Assembly: GCA_026709025.1 (NCBI GenBank)
Contig: JAPOTT010000008.1
Span: forward strand, 4,848-68,847
Length of the DNA stretch: 64,000 nt
Direction of reading: 5' to 3'
DNA from: a bacterium
GTDB lineage: Bacteria; Actinomycetota; Acidimicrobiia; Acidimicrobiales; Bin134
Part shown: one piece after another, positions 31,365 to 40,726 of the stretch
How positions within the stretch are numbered: the stretch's first letter is position 1
Layout of the letters: the number at the start of each line of letters is the position of its first letter
Translations under genes and position numbers: made by a program
Notes under the pieces: model-generated
What the model was told of the DNA's origin: nothing
The model's input: the letters and a program-made list of their open reading frames with translations, nothing else
Database searches by the model: none

Positions 31365-31865
31365 TCAACCGTTGAAGTCTTCAGGGTTGACCTGATCCAA
31401 GAACTCCCGAAACTCATCTAGCACCTCTTCGGGGGGTTTATCGTCCGACCCCGTGGTTTCCACATCTGGAGTGTGCCCTGCAGCAGCTAGCACTTCTTCA
31501 GAGGCAAAAATCGGTGCTCCCAACCGAACCGCCAACGCAAATGCATCAGAAGGACGACTAGATACACGCCGTTGCCCGTTGCGATCGGCAAACTCCAACT
31601 CAGCAAAAAAAGTGCTGTCCCGCAACTCGGTTACGATGATGCGCTCCAAACGTACTCCTAGCTGATCCAACACGTTTTTGAACAGATCGTGGGTCATGGG
31701 ACGAGGTGGTTCAACCTCGTCTAGAGCCAAGGCGATGGCTTGAGCTTCAGTGCCTCCGATGAAGATCGGCAACAATCGTTTGCCTCCGTTAGCCTCACGC
31801 AACAAAACAATCGGCGCGTTGGTTGGCATCTCCACACGCACCCCGATCAACTCCATCTCAATCAT
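31365..31865 (-). CDS. Bifunctional nuclease family protein (DUF151)
   Basis: LPIFIG, RPMTHDL, SRPSDA, EFREFLDQVNPEDF. Confidence 0.92.
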   Translation of the reverse strand: MIEMELIGVRVEMPTNAPIVLLREANGGKRLLPIFIGGTEAQAIALALDEVEPPRPMTHDLFKNVLDQLGVRLERIIVTELRDSTFFAELEFADRNGQRRVSSRPSDAFALAVRLGAPIFASEEVLAAAGHTPDVETTGSDDKPPEEVLDEFREFLDQVNPEDFNG

Positions 31866-31875
31866 CGCTATCAGG

Positions 31876-32433
31876 TTAGTAGAGCAGAGGCACAAAGGCA
31901 TCAGGTTCTAGCGTCAAACTCTTCGGATCACAGATGAAGAGGTCTTGCAGGTTCCGATAGCGGCCCGACCAATCCAACCCATAACCCAAGAAAAACTCGT
32001 CTGGTGCTTCAAAAGCCACATAGTCGGGCTTTATCGGCAGGATGCGACGCGCCCGGCGATCCAACAAGGTAGCAACCGACACTGAAGCGGCCGAGCGACG
32101 AAACATCTCCCCCATCAAGTAGTTCAAGCTTAAACCGGTGTCCACAATGCCCTCCACTAGCACCACATCTTTGTCTGCCACCTCATGTTCCAGATCCTTT
32201 AGAAGGCGCACCCGCCCCGAATCTGGCGCAAAACGACTCAATGCCAAAAAATCGATCTCCACATCAATGTCAAGGCACCTAACCAAATCAGCTACAAACA
32301 ACAAGCTGCCCTTCAGCACAGCCACCAAGACAGTACCATCTGCACGTTCCGCCGAAATCTGGCGCGCCACCCGCTGCACAGCATGGGCTATCTCGGCTCT
32401 ACCAGCGAAGCGCTCTAATGGCTTTGCAGGCAC
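31876..32433 (-). CDS. hpt: Hypoxanthine phosphoribosyltransferase-like protein
   Basis: VLKGS, VVLVEGIVDTGLSL PRT loop (ED changed to EG), GYGLD, RYRNL. Confidence 0.7.
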   Translation of the reverse strand: MPAKPLERFAGRAEIAHAVQRVARQISAERADGTVLVAVLKGSLLFVADLVRCLDIDVEIDFLALSRFAPDSGRVRLLKDLEHEVADKDVVLVEGIVDTGLSLNYLMGEMFRRSAASVSVATLLDRRARRILPIKPDYVAFEAPDEFFLGYGLDWSGRYRNLQDLFICDPKSLTLEPDAFVPLLY

Positions 32434-32440
32434 GAACTAA

Positions 32441-33214
32441 CTACGACCCTTGCAGGTGGTTAGCCAAAGCCATGCGTAACAACGCAAGTCGTAGCTCCGA
32501 GCCCAAATTCACCAACTCGCCCAGCGCATCTTGAGATGCTTGACGAGCCGACGGGGTGCGCTGCATCACCAACGGCATGATGCGTTGCTCCAACAAACCA
32601 ACCTCTCGCTCCACTGCCGACTTATACGCACGCAGGTGCCTGGGTTCAACCCCATGCCCCAAAAAACCCGCCGCTACAGTAGCCACCACCACCGCTTCAT
32701 GACTGTAGTGGGATTGGGTGCCATCAGCTACGCACTGGATGAGACCAAAGCGTTCCAAGTCGGCAATATGTGCAAAGCTCAAACCGCTCTTCTCTGCCAC
32801 CTCAGCAGCGGTCAGCGATCCTGAGTTGGTTTGTGCTTGCAGCAGGTTGTGCTGTTGCGAGCGCTGGTTGTTCCCCCCCGACAAGTTCTTTGCAGACGAC
32901 GGGCTCTTAGCGTCCTCGCTCTTGCCTGTTGTATCTGCTGTATCTGCTAGATCTGCTATTAGCTCTGCTACGTCTGCGGAATCTATGCGTTCTTTGATTA
33001 CCTTGAGCGGCAGAAAATGGTCGCGTTGTTGCTCTAGTATCCAGCGCAGTCGCTGCACATCTGCTTCGGTGAACTTGCGATAGCCAGATCGACTGCGCTC
33101 TGGGTCTATTAATCCCTGGCTCTCCAAAAACCGAATTTTGGAGATGGTGATATCGCTGAACTCATCCTTGAGCAAATCCAGCACCTGCCCAATGGAACGA
33201 TTGGTGCTGCTCAC
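32441..33214 (-). CDS. MerR family regulator (FtsR-like)
   Basis: SIGQVL, ISKIRFLESQGL, SGYRKF, HFLPLKVIK, VEPRHLR. Confidence 0.88.
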   Translation of the reverse strand: MSSTNRSIGQVLDLLKDEFSDITISKIRFLESQGLIDPERSRSGYRKFTEADVQRLRWILEQQRDHFLPLKVIKERIDSADVAELIADLADTADTTGKSEDAKSPSSAKNLSGGNNQRSQQHNLLQAQTNSGSLTAAEVAEKSGLSFAHIADLERFGLIQCVADGTQSHYSHEAVVVATVAAGFLGHGVEPRHLRAYKSAVEREVGLLEQRIMPLVMQRTPSARQASQDALGELVNLGSELRLALLRMALANHLQGS

Positions 33215-33702
33215 CTGCCGCTCCCATCGTGAAATACCAACTTGAAACGACCCACCTGTAGTACATCACCGTTTTTGAGGCCAGTATCTTCCACCCGCCT
33301 GCCGTTCAGGTAAGTGCCGTTTAGCGATCCCATATCCTTCACCCGCCACACCAAGCCGTCTCTGTAAAACTCGGCGTGACGACGCGACACGGTGATGTCA
33401 TCCAAGAAAACGTTGGAATCACCATGTCGGCCAGCCGTTACCAAATCCTGCGACAACTCAAAGCGGCTGCCCGCAGCTGAACCAGCCGTCACGATCAACA
33501 CTGCCGGATGACGGAACAAATCCACAGAAAGCTCAAGTTCTGTTGTGGGTTCCCCTGCGGCGGCTCGCAAGGCTTCATCTGAGCTGGCTTCCTTGAGGTT
33601 CGCGCCACACTCACTGCAAAAGTTGGCTCCCGGTTCATTCTGATAACCGCAAGCCGGGCAAACAACTTTGCTTGCCTCCCCTAGTGGCAAGTCGGATGTC
33701 AA
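33211..33702 (-). CDS. Zinc-ribbon + FHA domain protein (GarA/OdhI-like)
   Basis: CPACG...FCSECG; GRH...FLDDITVSRRHA...GSLNGTY FHA core. Confidence 0.88.
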   Translation of the reverse strand: MTSDLPLGEASKVVCPACGYQNEPGANFCSECGANLKEASSDEALRAAAGEPTTELELSVDLFRHPAVLIVTAGSAAGSRFELSQDLVTAGRHGDSNVFLDDITVSRRHAEFYRDGLVWRVKDMGSLNGTYLNGRRVEDTGLKNGDVLQVGRFKLVFHDGSGR

Positions 33703-34094
33703 TCCGCACTCTCCGTTAGCTGGGTGTACGCAACACCATCCATCAGCTGTTCTGCTTCAGCTAAGTCGCTAGCCTCAATCACACAGATCCAACCCTCACC
33801 ATAAGGATCCTCGTTGAGGCGCTCTGGGTGGTCGGCCAAATCGGCGTTAATCTCCGCTACCACTCCCGAAACCGGAGCGTATATCTCCGATACCGATTTG
33901 GTGGACTCCACCTCGCTAAAGGCCTCGCCCTGATTCACCGCTGAGCCCACTTCAGGCAGATCAACATAGACCACATCGCCGAGGGCATCTTGGGCGTAGT
34001 CGGTGATGCCTAGCAAAACACGATTGCCCTCAATCTTGGTCCATTCATGATCTTGCGAATAACGAAGCTGACCGGGAACATTGAACCTCTGCAT
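33699..34094 (-). CDS. gcvH: Glycine cleavage system H protein
   Basis: HEW, GITDYAQDALGDVV, VESTKSVSEIYAP lipoyl-Lys motif. Confidence 0.96.
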   Translation of the reverse strand: MQRFNVPGQLRYSQDHEWTKIEGNRVLLGITDYAQDALGDVVYVDLPEVGSAVNQGEAFSEVESTKSVSEIYAPVSGVVAEINADLADHPERLNEDPYGEGWICVIEASDLAEAEQLMDGVAYTQLTESAD

Positions 34095-34165
34095 GGTCTA
34101 CACAATACCGCCTACAGCTGGAAGTCTCAACCACAACTTGAGACATAATGTGCGGAATGCTAAGT

Positions 34166-34233
34166 GGGCTCGCTGCGTGGGCTTGCTGCGTGTGACTCAC
34201 TGCGTGAGGTCGCTGCGTGGACTCGCTGCGTGG
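34166..34233. repeat. About 13-bp imperfect tandem repeat x5 (CTCGCTGCGTG core)
   Basis: Visible between pgsA-like gene and gcvH. Confidence 0.85.
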
Positions 34234-34255
34234 CGATGATGCGAGGAGGAGCACC

Positions 34256-34858
34256 CTACGGGGTTGCGCGGTCTGCTCTTCCTGCGGCTAGAGCTTGGCG
34301 GGCTCTAGGGATGTACTCAACGGTGGCGTAATAGCTGAGTGCCAAAGATGGGATGCCGATACTCCAGCCCACCGCACGCAGCGCTGTACCACCACCTACG
34401 CTAGAGTCGCCCAACAACAACAGGGGCAATGCAAACATCAAGCCGAAGGTGGCTGTCTTACCTGTCCACGTAACGTCTATACGCCGAGCACCCATTGCAC
34501 CTAGAACTAGGACAGCAACAGACACTGCAGATTCTCGGGCCAACATGGCAATGCCAAAGCCAATGTGCAGCGAGCCGTCTACCATCATCGTTAGCACTGC
34601 GGCCAGAAACATCAGCCTGTCGGCCGTGGGATCCAATATCTTGCCCACCTCTGATACTTGGTTGTAGCGCCTAGCAATGTAGCCATCCACCCAATCTGTT
34701 GCCCCAAGCGTGCCCAACAAAATGGCAGCGCCCGCCCGATTGCCCATACCCAACAACATCACGCAAAACAGGGGCACACATCCCAACCGGAGCACCGATA
34801 TAAGGTTAGGCACCGTCCATATCTGCCCTCGCAATATCTGTCTTCGGCCATCGCTCAT
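34256..34858 (-). CDS. CDP-alcohol phosphatidyltransferase (PgsA2-like)
   Basis: WTVPNLIS, TDWVDGYIAR...GKILDPTADR. Confidence 0.9.
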   Translation of the reverse strand: MSDGRRQILRGQIWTVPNLISVLRLGCVPLFCVMLLGMGNRAGAAILLGTLGATDWVDGYIARRYNQVSEVGKILDPTADRLMFLAAVLTMMVDGSLHIGFGIAMLARESAVSVAVLVLGAMGARRIDVTWTGKTATFGLMFALPLLLLGDSSVGGGTALRAVGWSIGIPSLALSYYATVEYIPRARQALAAGRADRATP

Positions 34859-34983
34859 CTTTACAACCCTAGTGGCACCGCCCCCGCTAACACCGCCTCA
34901 TTGACACCTCTAGCGAGCCTGCGTGTGATCAACCTAAACTGGCTAAGGGCCAGATCACCTAAAAGCCAGATAACCTAAAATAA

Positions 34984-35379
34984 ATGTCAAGCGTCTTTAC
35001 CAAGATTATGAACGAAGAACTCCCAGGCCATTTCGTGTGGGAGGACGAAGATTGCATCGCCATCTTGAGCATCAACCCCATCCAAACAGGACACACCCTA
35101 GTAATCCCCCGAGAAGAGATCGACCACTGGCTAGATGTGCCCCCAGATCTAGCGGCACAGCTGTTTTTGGTAGCCCAAAACATCGGTCATGCACAAAAGG
35201 CGGTCTTCAACCCACCTCGGGTTGGGCTAATCATTGCTGGCGAAGAGGTGCCCCACACTCATCTACATGTAATCCCCATGTTCAGCATCGACGACCTAAA
35301 CTTTGCCAATGCTCAAGCCTCAGTTCCCCCCGAACAACTAGCCGCCACCGCCCAACAACTAAATACCGAACTGCTCTAG
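34984..35379 (+). CDS. HIT family protein
   Basis: SVFTKI, GHTLVIP, VPHTHLHVIP. Confidence 0.92.
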   Translation: MSSVFTKIMNEELPGHFVWEDEDCIAILSINPIQTGHTLVIPREEIDHWLDVPPDLAAQLFLVAQNIGHAQKAVFNPPRVGLIIAGEEVPHTHLHVIPMFSIDDLNFANAQASVPPEQLAATAQQLNTELL

Positions 35380-35387
35380 GGCCGCTG

Positions 35388-36080
35388 CTACTCCATCAAC
35401 TCGTTGCCAGCAAAGTGAGTGGCCTTGAACTTGTCTAAGGTTGTGGTTCCCTCACTCCATGCCAGAGCAAGGTTGCTCAGATCCTCAAAACCGCCTATCA
35501 GCCGACCTGAAGCAACATCCTCAATCAGAAAACCCTCGGTATAGGGGGCCAACACAGGCGCACCTGCTGGAATAGACGGGGCCTGCTCCACTACGGGGAA
35601 GGCTCTCAGACCTGCTGTGTAGTCATCTAGAAACAGCAAGAGTCTCTGGTTCTTGGGTATGGCATCTTGGAACGACTTAACCGAATGGGCTTTGGTTCGT
35701 GGGATCTCTACGTAGACACGCCCATCCCGCACAAGCGATTGATCACCCTCAACCACGCTCTCCACTTTCACCGTATATGTGAGGTTCAAAAATGCTGGCT
35801 CAGTTTTGCGCGATTCACCAACACCAAAAACCCTACCATCAGCCACATCTACAACAGTCCCAATCACAGTTATCGATGCGCTATTACCAAGGACGGCAGG
35901 CGAACTATGCGGCTGATAGTCAAAACCCTGCCCGATATCACGCATCAAAGAAATAAGTCCATCCGAATCAGCAGCAACAGGCGAATACACACCCACCGAT
36001 TCATCCTGCCCACCCCCACAAGCAGTAGTCGCCACAATTACAGCAATCATAAGGACAACACACTTCCAGAAATAGTACAT
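35388..36080 (-). CDS. Hypothetical lipoprotein
   Basis: Lipobox-like ATTAC-GGG after MYYFWK; begins 7 nt after the metzincin stop. Confidence 0.6.
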   Translation of the reverse strand: MYYFWKCVVLMIAVIVATTACGGGQDESVGVYSPVAADSDGLISLMRDIGQGFDYQPHSSPAVLGNSASITVIGTVVDVADGRVFGVGESRKTEPAFLNLTYTVKVESVVEGDQSLVRDGRVYVEIPRTKAHSVKSFQDAIPKNQRLLLFLDDYTAGLRAFPVVEQAPSIPAGAPVLAPYTEGFLIEDVASGRLIGGFEDLSNLALAWSEGTTTLDKFKATHFAGNELME

Positions 36081-36087
36081 AAAGCAT

Positions 36088-36693
36088 CTAGAACCAAGCA
36101 TCAATATGACCCTTGTGGTGACCAGAGTATCGTTCATATTGACTATGCAAACTAGGTCTTTCGCCTGAAATCATGCAGTCGTCTGCCCCTCCATCACCTC
36201 CACCCGGCCCATGGCTGAGACCTACGGTATGACCAAGTTCGTGGCAGATAGTCTTATCAGTGTCTGCATCATCATTAGGGCCAACATTAATTGCAGTAGG
36301 GTCTATAGTTACATAGAATTGGTCGCAGTGGCCATGGTCGTAGTCTTCACAGAATATTTGACCGCGAACTAACCCTGGAAGATCAGCATCCATCCAAACT
36401 ACATCGGTTTCACCTGAGCCAGAATACTTGCACTTGGATTTGAACTCAGCGGTTGCATCAGTTGGGGTATCAAGAGCATCCTCAAACATCTCGTCTACGT
36501 TGTCGCGCAGGTTTACATCAAATCCAGCACCCCAACAATAATTATGAGTAGAACCATCTGGATGTGCTCCAGTACTTGAACTTGCTGAGCCCCACACGTC
36601 AGCACCTACTGGCAAAGCAAGAAACGATATCACAATAACCCCTAACCCAAAGATACATGCACAATAGCAACAAACTGCAATCCCTGCTCGCAC
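36088..36693 (-). CDS. Secreted metzincin (matrixin-like) zinc metalloprotease
   Basis: Signal-like N-terminus, HELGHTVGLSH zinc motif, downstream DCM Met-turn. Confidence 0.78.
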   Translation of the reverse strand: MRAGIAVCCYCACIFGLGVIVISFLALPVGADVWGSASSSTGAHPDGSTHNYCWGAGFDVNLRDNVDEMFEDALDTPTDATAEFKSKCKYSGSGETDVVWMDADLPGLVRGQIFCEDYDHGHCDQFYVTIDPTAINVGPNDDADTDKTICHELGHTVGLSHGPGGGDGGADDCMISGERPSLHSQYERYSGHHKGHIDAWF

Positions 36694-36915
36694 CCTGTCA
36701 GAAGCAAATTTACAGTCATCTTATACAGGAATTGATTCGGGCGTTAGCTAAATAATCTCACACATCTGATCTCAACGCAAGCGAGATTCCTTGTTTGTGG
36801 AGACACCATGGGTTATATTGAGGAGGCAACAGATCATCAATGATGACGGAACGCATAGTGATAGTGTAAGGTGACATTCCCTACTAAAATATCACATCCA
36901 GGCTGAGGAGTAACC

Positions 36916-38456
36916 ATGAGCCGAGAGAGAGAGAGAGAGAGAACGGGATTCCCAACTGGGAAAACCGCACTCTGTTCCACGGTGACAACCTCAAGTTCTT
37001 GAGGGGAATGAACTCTGGCACCGTCCACCTAATCGCCACCGATCCGCCATTCAATAAAAATCGCGATTTCCATGCTACACCCGACAGCATCTCAAAGGGA
37101 GCCAAGTTCAAAGACAGGTGGAGATGGGAGGAGGACATCCACGAGGAGTGGGTAGACCAAATCCAAGACGACTGGCCTGCAACTTGGGCAGTGATAGAAG
37201 CATCTAAACAAGCATTCGGCAGTGACATGGCAGCGTTCTTGTGCTGGCTAGGTGTTCGCCTAATGGAGATGCACCGAGTACTCAGAGACGACGGCAGTAT
37301 CTACCTTCATATCGATCACACCGCCCACGCTTACGTCAAAACCTTAATGGACTCCATCTTCGGGCGCGAGAACTTTCGCAATGAGATTGTCTGGCACTAT
37401 GGAAAAATGAGCAACACAAGTCGCAACTTTCCTTCTAACCATGACACCATACTCCGATACACAAAATCAGATACATACACTTTTCATCCATTAAAGGGTG
37501 GCGAATCTGAATACAGAGAACGGTTCAAGCGGTACTTGAAAAATAATAAAATTCTATATGGTGCAGTTAAGAACTCTAGAGATAAACTTATTTTAGGACG
37601 AGCCAAAAAAGTGTCCAAGGAACTTGGCAGACAGCTAGTAGATTCAGATGTGTTATTCGATTTTGACAAAGAATACAAGATTCAGTCTGATGTCATCTAT
37701 GTATCAATTATTAAAGGAAACTCATCCGAAAACATGAACTACCCCACGCAAAAACCGGTGACACTGTACAATAAACTTGTTACCGCGTCTAGCAATCCAA
37801 GAGATATTGTCTTAGACCCTTTCTGTGGATGCGCTACCACTCCTGTCGTAGCTGAAACCTTAGGAAGACAATGGGTAGGTATGGATATTTGGGAAGGGGC
37901 ACACAAAATGGTCATGCAACGTCTGGTGCAAGAAGGATTAGCTACAAACGCAGTTGCATCTGATCGATTAATAACTTTTGGTGACGTTACATTACGTTCA
38001 GATATTCCGACCCGAACGGACGATAACGAAGTGGCCGCCCCTAAGTTTGAGTTGAGAACTCAGAGAGCTGCTGACCCTTGGCAGCGCTTAGCAAACAAAA
38101 CTATCAAGAATATTTTGGCAGAAGCTCAGAAAGCCCCTAATGGAAAGATATGGTGCGCTGGATGCGGTCGCAGTTTAGAGATTGAATTCATGCACCTCGA
38201 TCACATTCTCCCTAAATCTGATAGAGGTGATAATTTCATCACCAACCGCGTTTTGTTGTGCGGCCCCTGCAATATGAGGAAAGGTGATAAGCTTACAATG
38301 CGAGGACTACATGGCGACAATAAAAAGCAAAAATGGATGGCTAACGAAACGAGAGCAAAGGACGCTGGAAATAATGCGCGCGATCTAGCGTATAAAGTGA
38401 AAGATGAATGGGGTTCAATGGAGATTGAACTGCTAAAACATCGAGCTGTAGAGTAG
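36916..38456 (+). CDS. Site-specific DNA methyltransferase (beta-class order) fused to C-terminal HNH endonuclease; frameshifted at (GA)10, candidate phase-variable gene
   Basis: GAGGAG RBS + ATG 36916 are out of frame with NWENRTLFHGDNL...TDPPF...YPTQKP...LDPFCGCAT; C-terminal CAGC...HLDHILP...N...CGPCN. Confidence 0.8.
36923..36942 (+). repeat. (GA)10 simple sequence repeat
   Basis: Directly visible 4 nt after ATG 36916. Confidence 0.97.
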
Positions 38457-38490
38457 GGCTTTTGTGTTACTTGGTTGCTTAGGTGCAGCG

Positions 38491-38530
38491 CTATATTTCT
38501 AAGATTTTTGAAAAAATCTTAGAAATATAG
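38491..38530. repeat. AT-rich near-perfect palindrome, 19-bp arms
   Basis: CTATATTTCTAAGATTTTT-GA-AAAAATCTTAGAAATATAG. Confidence 0.95.
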
Positions 38531-38547
38531 TTGTTTTTGGGTGGATA

Positions 38548-38569
38548 TGTCACAGGGTGCTTGTATACT
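38548..38569 (+). promoter_or_regulatory. PafBC/RecA-NDp-type promoter of the DUF222-HNH gene
   Basis: TGTCAC-N10-TATACT, 7 nt before ATG 38577. Confidence 0.6.
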
Positions 38570-38576
38570 TACAAGC

Positions 38577-40001
38577 ATGGATTTTCGGGATAGTTCAACT
38601 GTTAAAACTGAGCCAACCACTACAGAGTGCTTGAACGATCAAACCCAAACATTTGCGGGTTTTGATTTTATTGATTTTGCTGGTTGTGGTGCTGGTGATC
38701 TTGTGATGTTGGCTGTGCGGGCTAATGCTTTTCGCCAGCAGGTTGAGAGTTATTTGAGTGCTGTGTTGGTGCGGTTGGGTGAGTTGGAGGGTGAAGACGC
38801 TGTGATTTCTGTGTGTAAGCAGTTTGATTTGCCTGCGTATAAGGCTCGTCGTCAAGCGCGTACTGCTAAAGGGCTTAGGGTGCTGCCTGATGTGATGCGG
38901 GCCGCTAAGGATGGTTGGATCACCATGGATCATGCCGAGTTGATGGCTGCGTCGCATGGTCGGGCTCCCATGAACACTGATGAGCAGTTAGACCTGCTAG
39001 CTATAGGTGTGCAACAAGGCCCTGATGTGTTCAAAGATACATTGGCTAAGTATGAGGTGAAACGCTTAGCAGATACAGGGCTGAACCCCACAGAACAACA
39101 ACGCGCCCGGCGTACCGCCAAAATATTCAACGGCGATAACGACATGGTTATCCTGCACGCTGAACTAGACCATGTTGCTGGTGAGCGGGTGAAAACCGCT
39201 ATGGACGCGTTAACCACGCGCATGCTCAAACGCGATTTCCAAACCGGTGTAGAACGCTCCTTTGAACAACGCAACGCCGACGCTTTAGTGCAACTCATCA
39301 CAACCCACACCACACCAGCGGAATACGGTTCTGGGATTGGCAAGGCAAGCAGCACCGATAGACGCAACACAGGTGACACCAACAACACAAGAAACAGCCA
39401 TGCTCACCGATCGCAACAAACCGCAAAACACCAAAACACCTCTGACAAAACCAACAGAGCATCAGACAGTGATCGCCCCAACCAAATTGCCGAAGACGAC
39501 AGACATGCAGGCAATAGTTGCTACGAAGGCTGTACCGACACAAACACCGGCTGCGAGCCAGCCCCAGAACCAACCCCGCAGGCAACCACCATCATCCTTA
39601 CGGCTGATTATGATACCATCACCGGTCAACTAACAGCCGCAGGGCTTATAGACGGCACACCCATCGGGATAGACGAAATCCGCCGCCTAGCCTGCGAAGC
39701 GGAGATAATACCGATGATCTTCAACAGCGAGGCCCAACCCCTCTACTTGGGTCGCACACGCCGCAAACACACCAAAGCCCAAAAACTCGCCCTCTACAAA
39801 CGAGACAAACGCTGCACCTCATGCGGAATACGCGCCAGCAGCTGCGACGTACACCACATCGTACCCTGGGAACACGGCGGCACAACCGACATCTCCAACC
39901 TCACCCTGCTATGCCCCACCTGCCACCGCCAAACCCACAAACACCCGTCACACTCCCCCCCCTCCCCCACAACCAAACAGACTCTAGAGCCCCATAGCTA
40001 A
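38577..40001 (+). CDS. DUF222 + HNH endonuclease (13E12/REP13E12-like)
   Basis: QRNADAL, RRLACEA, PLYLGR, RDKRCTSCG...DVHHIVPWEHGGTTDISNLTLLCPTCH. Confidence 0.85.
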   Translation: MDFRDSSTVKTEPTTTECLNDQTQTFAGFDFIDFAGCGAGDLVMLAVRANAFRQQVESYLSAVLVRLGELEGEDAVISVCKQFDLPAYKARRQARTAKGLRVLPDVMRAAKDGWITMDHAELMAASHGRAPMNTDEQLDLLAIGVQQGPDVFKDTLAKYEVKRLADTGLNPTEQQRARRTAKIFNGDNDMVILHAELDHVAGERVKTAMDALTTRMLKRDFQTGVERSFEQRNADALVQLITTHTTPAEYGSGIGKASSTDRRNTGDTNNTRNSHAHRSQQTAKHQNTSDKTNRASDSDRPNQIAEDDRHAGNSCYEGCTDTNTGCEPAPEPTPQATTIILTADYDTITGQLTAAGLIDGTPIGIDEIRRLACEAEIIPMIFNSEAQPLYLGRTRRKHTKAQKLALYKRDKRCTSCGIRASSCDVHHIVPWEHGGTTDISNLTLLCPTCHRQTHKHPSHSPPSPTTKQTLEPHS

Positions 40002-40123
40002 CTAAACACCACCCAACCCCTCCACGCTTATGGGGAACCTCAGCGAGTTCAAGAACAGCAGGTATACCAGCGCTCCAGACGTAACTGCTCTGCCTCAACG
40101 TATAACGTTATCGGCAATTATTG

Positions 40124-40621
40124 CTAGCGCTGGGTGAAGGCTGTGGCTAGCCAGCGCTCCTTGATGGCAAAGTTCACTAGTTGCGACATAGCATCCAACA
40201 AAAACAGCAGCACATCTTTTGGTTCTTGGCCTTCGGGCAGGTCGTACACAAGCCCTCGTTTGATGTGGTCTTGCTTGCGAACCCAGCCCTGCGGCTCAAC
40301 CACACCCCGTTCGGCTAACAATGCTGCGGCTTTACCCCCTGCCCCGTGCTGCAAACCCACCGAGGCAGCTTGCCACTTATCTCGTTTATGGTGAGCGGGC
40401 ACCCACGTCCCCAATGGCACAGCCGGGCCTTTAGCCGTGAACAGCTTGAAAAGAGGCGACTCCACAGGGCGATTTTCATCAGCCACCATCGGCTGTAGGT
40501 TCAGCCAACCCGACCCATCGCCACGAGCGGCAAGGGTCATCATTTTATGCACAACCTGATCCAATTCTGTGCGCTCAAACCGGATTTGGTTCTTATCTAA
40601 TGCCACTTTTACCCCCAACAA
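40124..40621 (-). CDS. Hypothetical protein
   Basis: 165-aa ORF with globular composition (GWLNLQP, GLQHGAG, QDHIKRGLV); start uncertain. Confidence 0.6.
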   Translation of the reverse strand: MLGVKVALDKNQIRFERTELDQVVHKMMTLAARGDGSGWLNLQPMVADENRPVESPLFKLFTAKGPAVPLGTWVPAHHKRDKWQAASVGLQHGAGGKAAALLAERGVVEPQGWVRKQDHIKRGLVYDLPEGQEPKDVLLFLLDAMSQLVNFAIKERWLATAFTQR

Positions 40622-40726
40622 ACCGCACGGCTCAACCGGTTATTTTAAGCGCCACCATGCTCATTGCTGTAATTGCCACACAGCCAACGCCAAATCTGTC
40701 TCACTTGGCCGGTAATGTCAACACTC

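Noticed and set aside
35380-40123. Integrative element or prophage with att sites
   Set aside because: No integrase, transposase or convincing flanking direct repeat found by eye; treated only as an accessory patch
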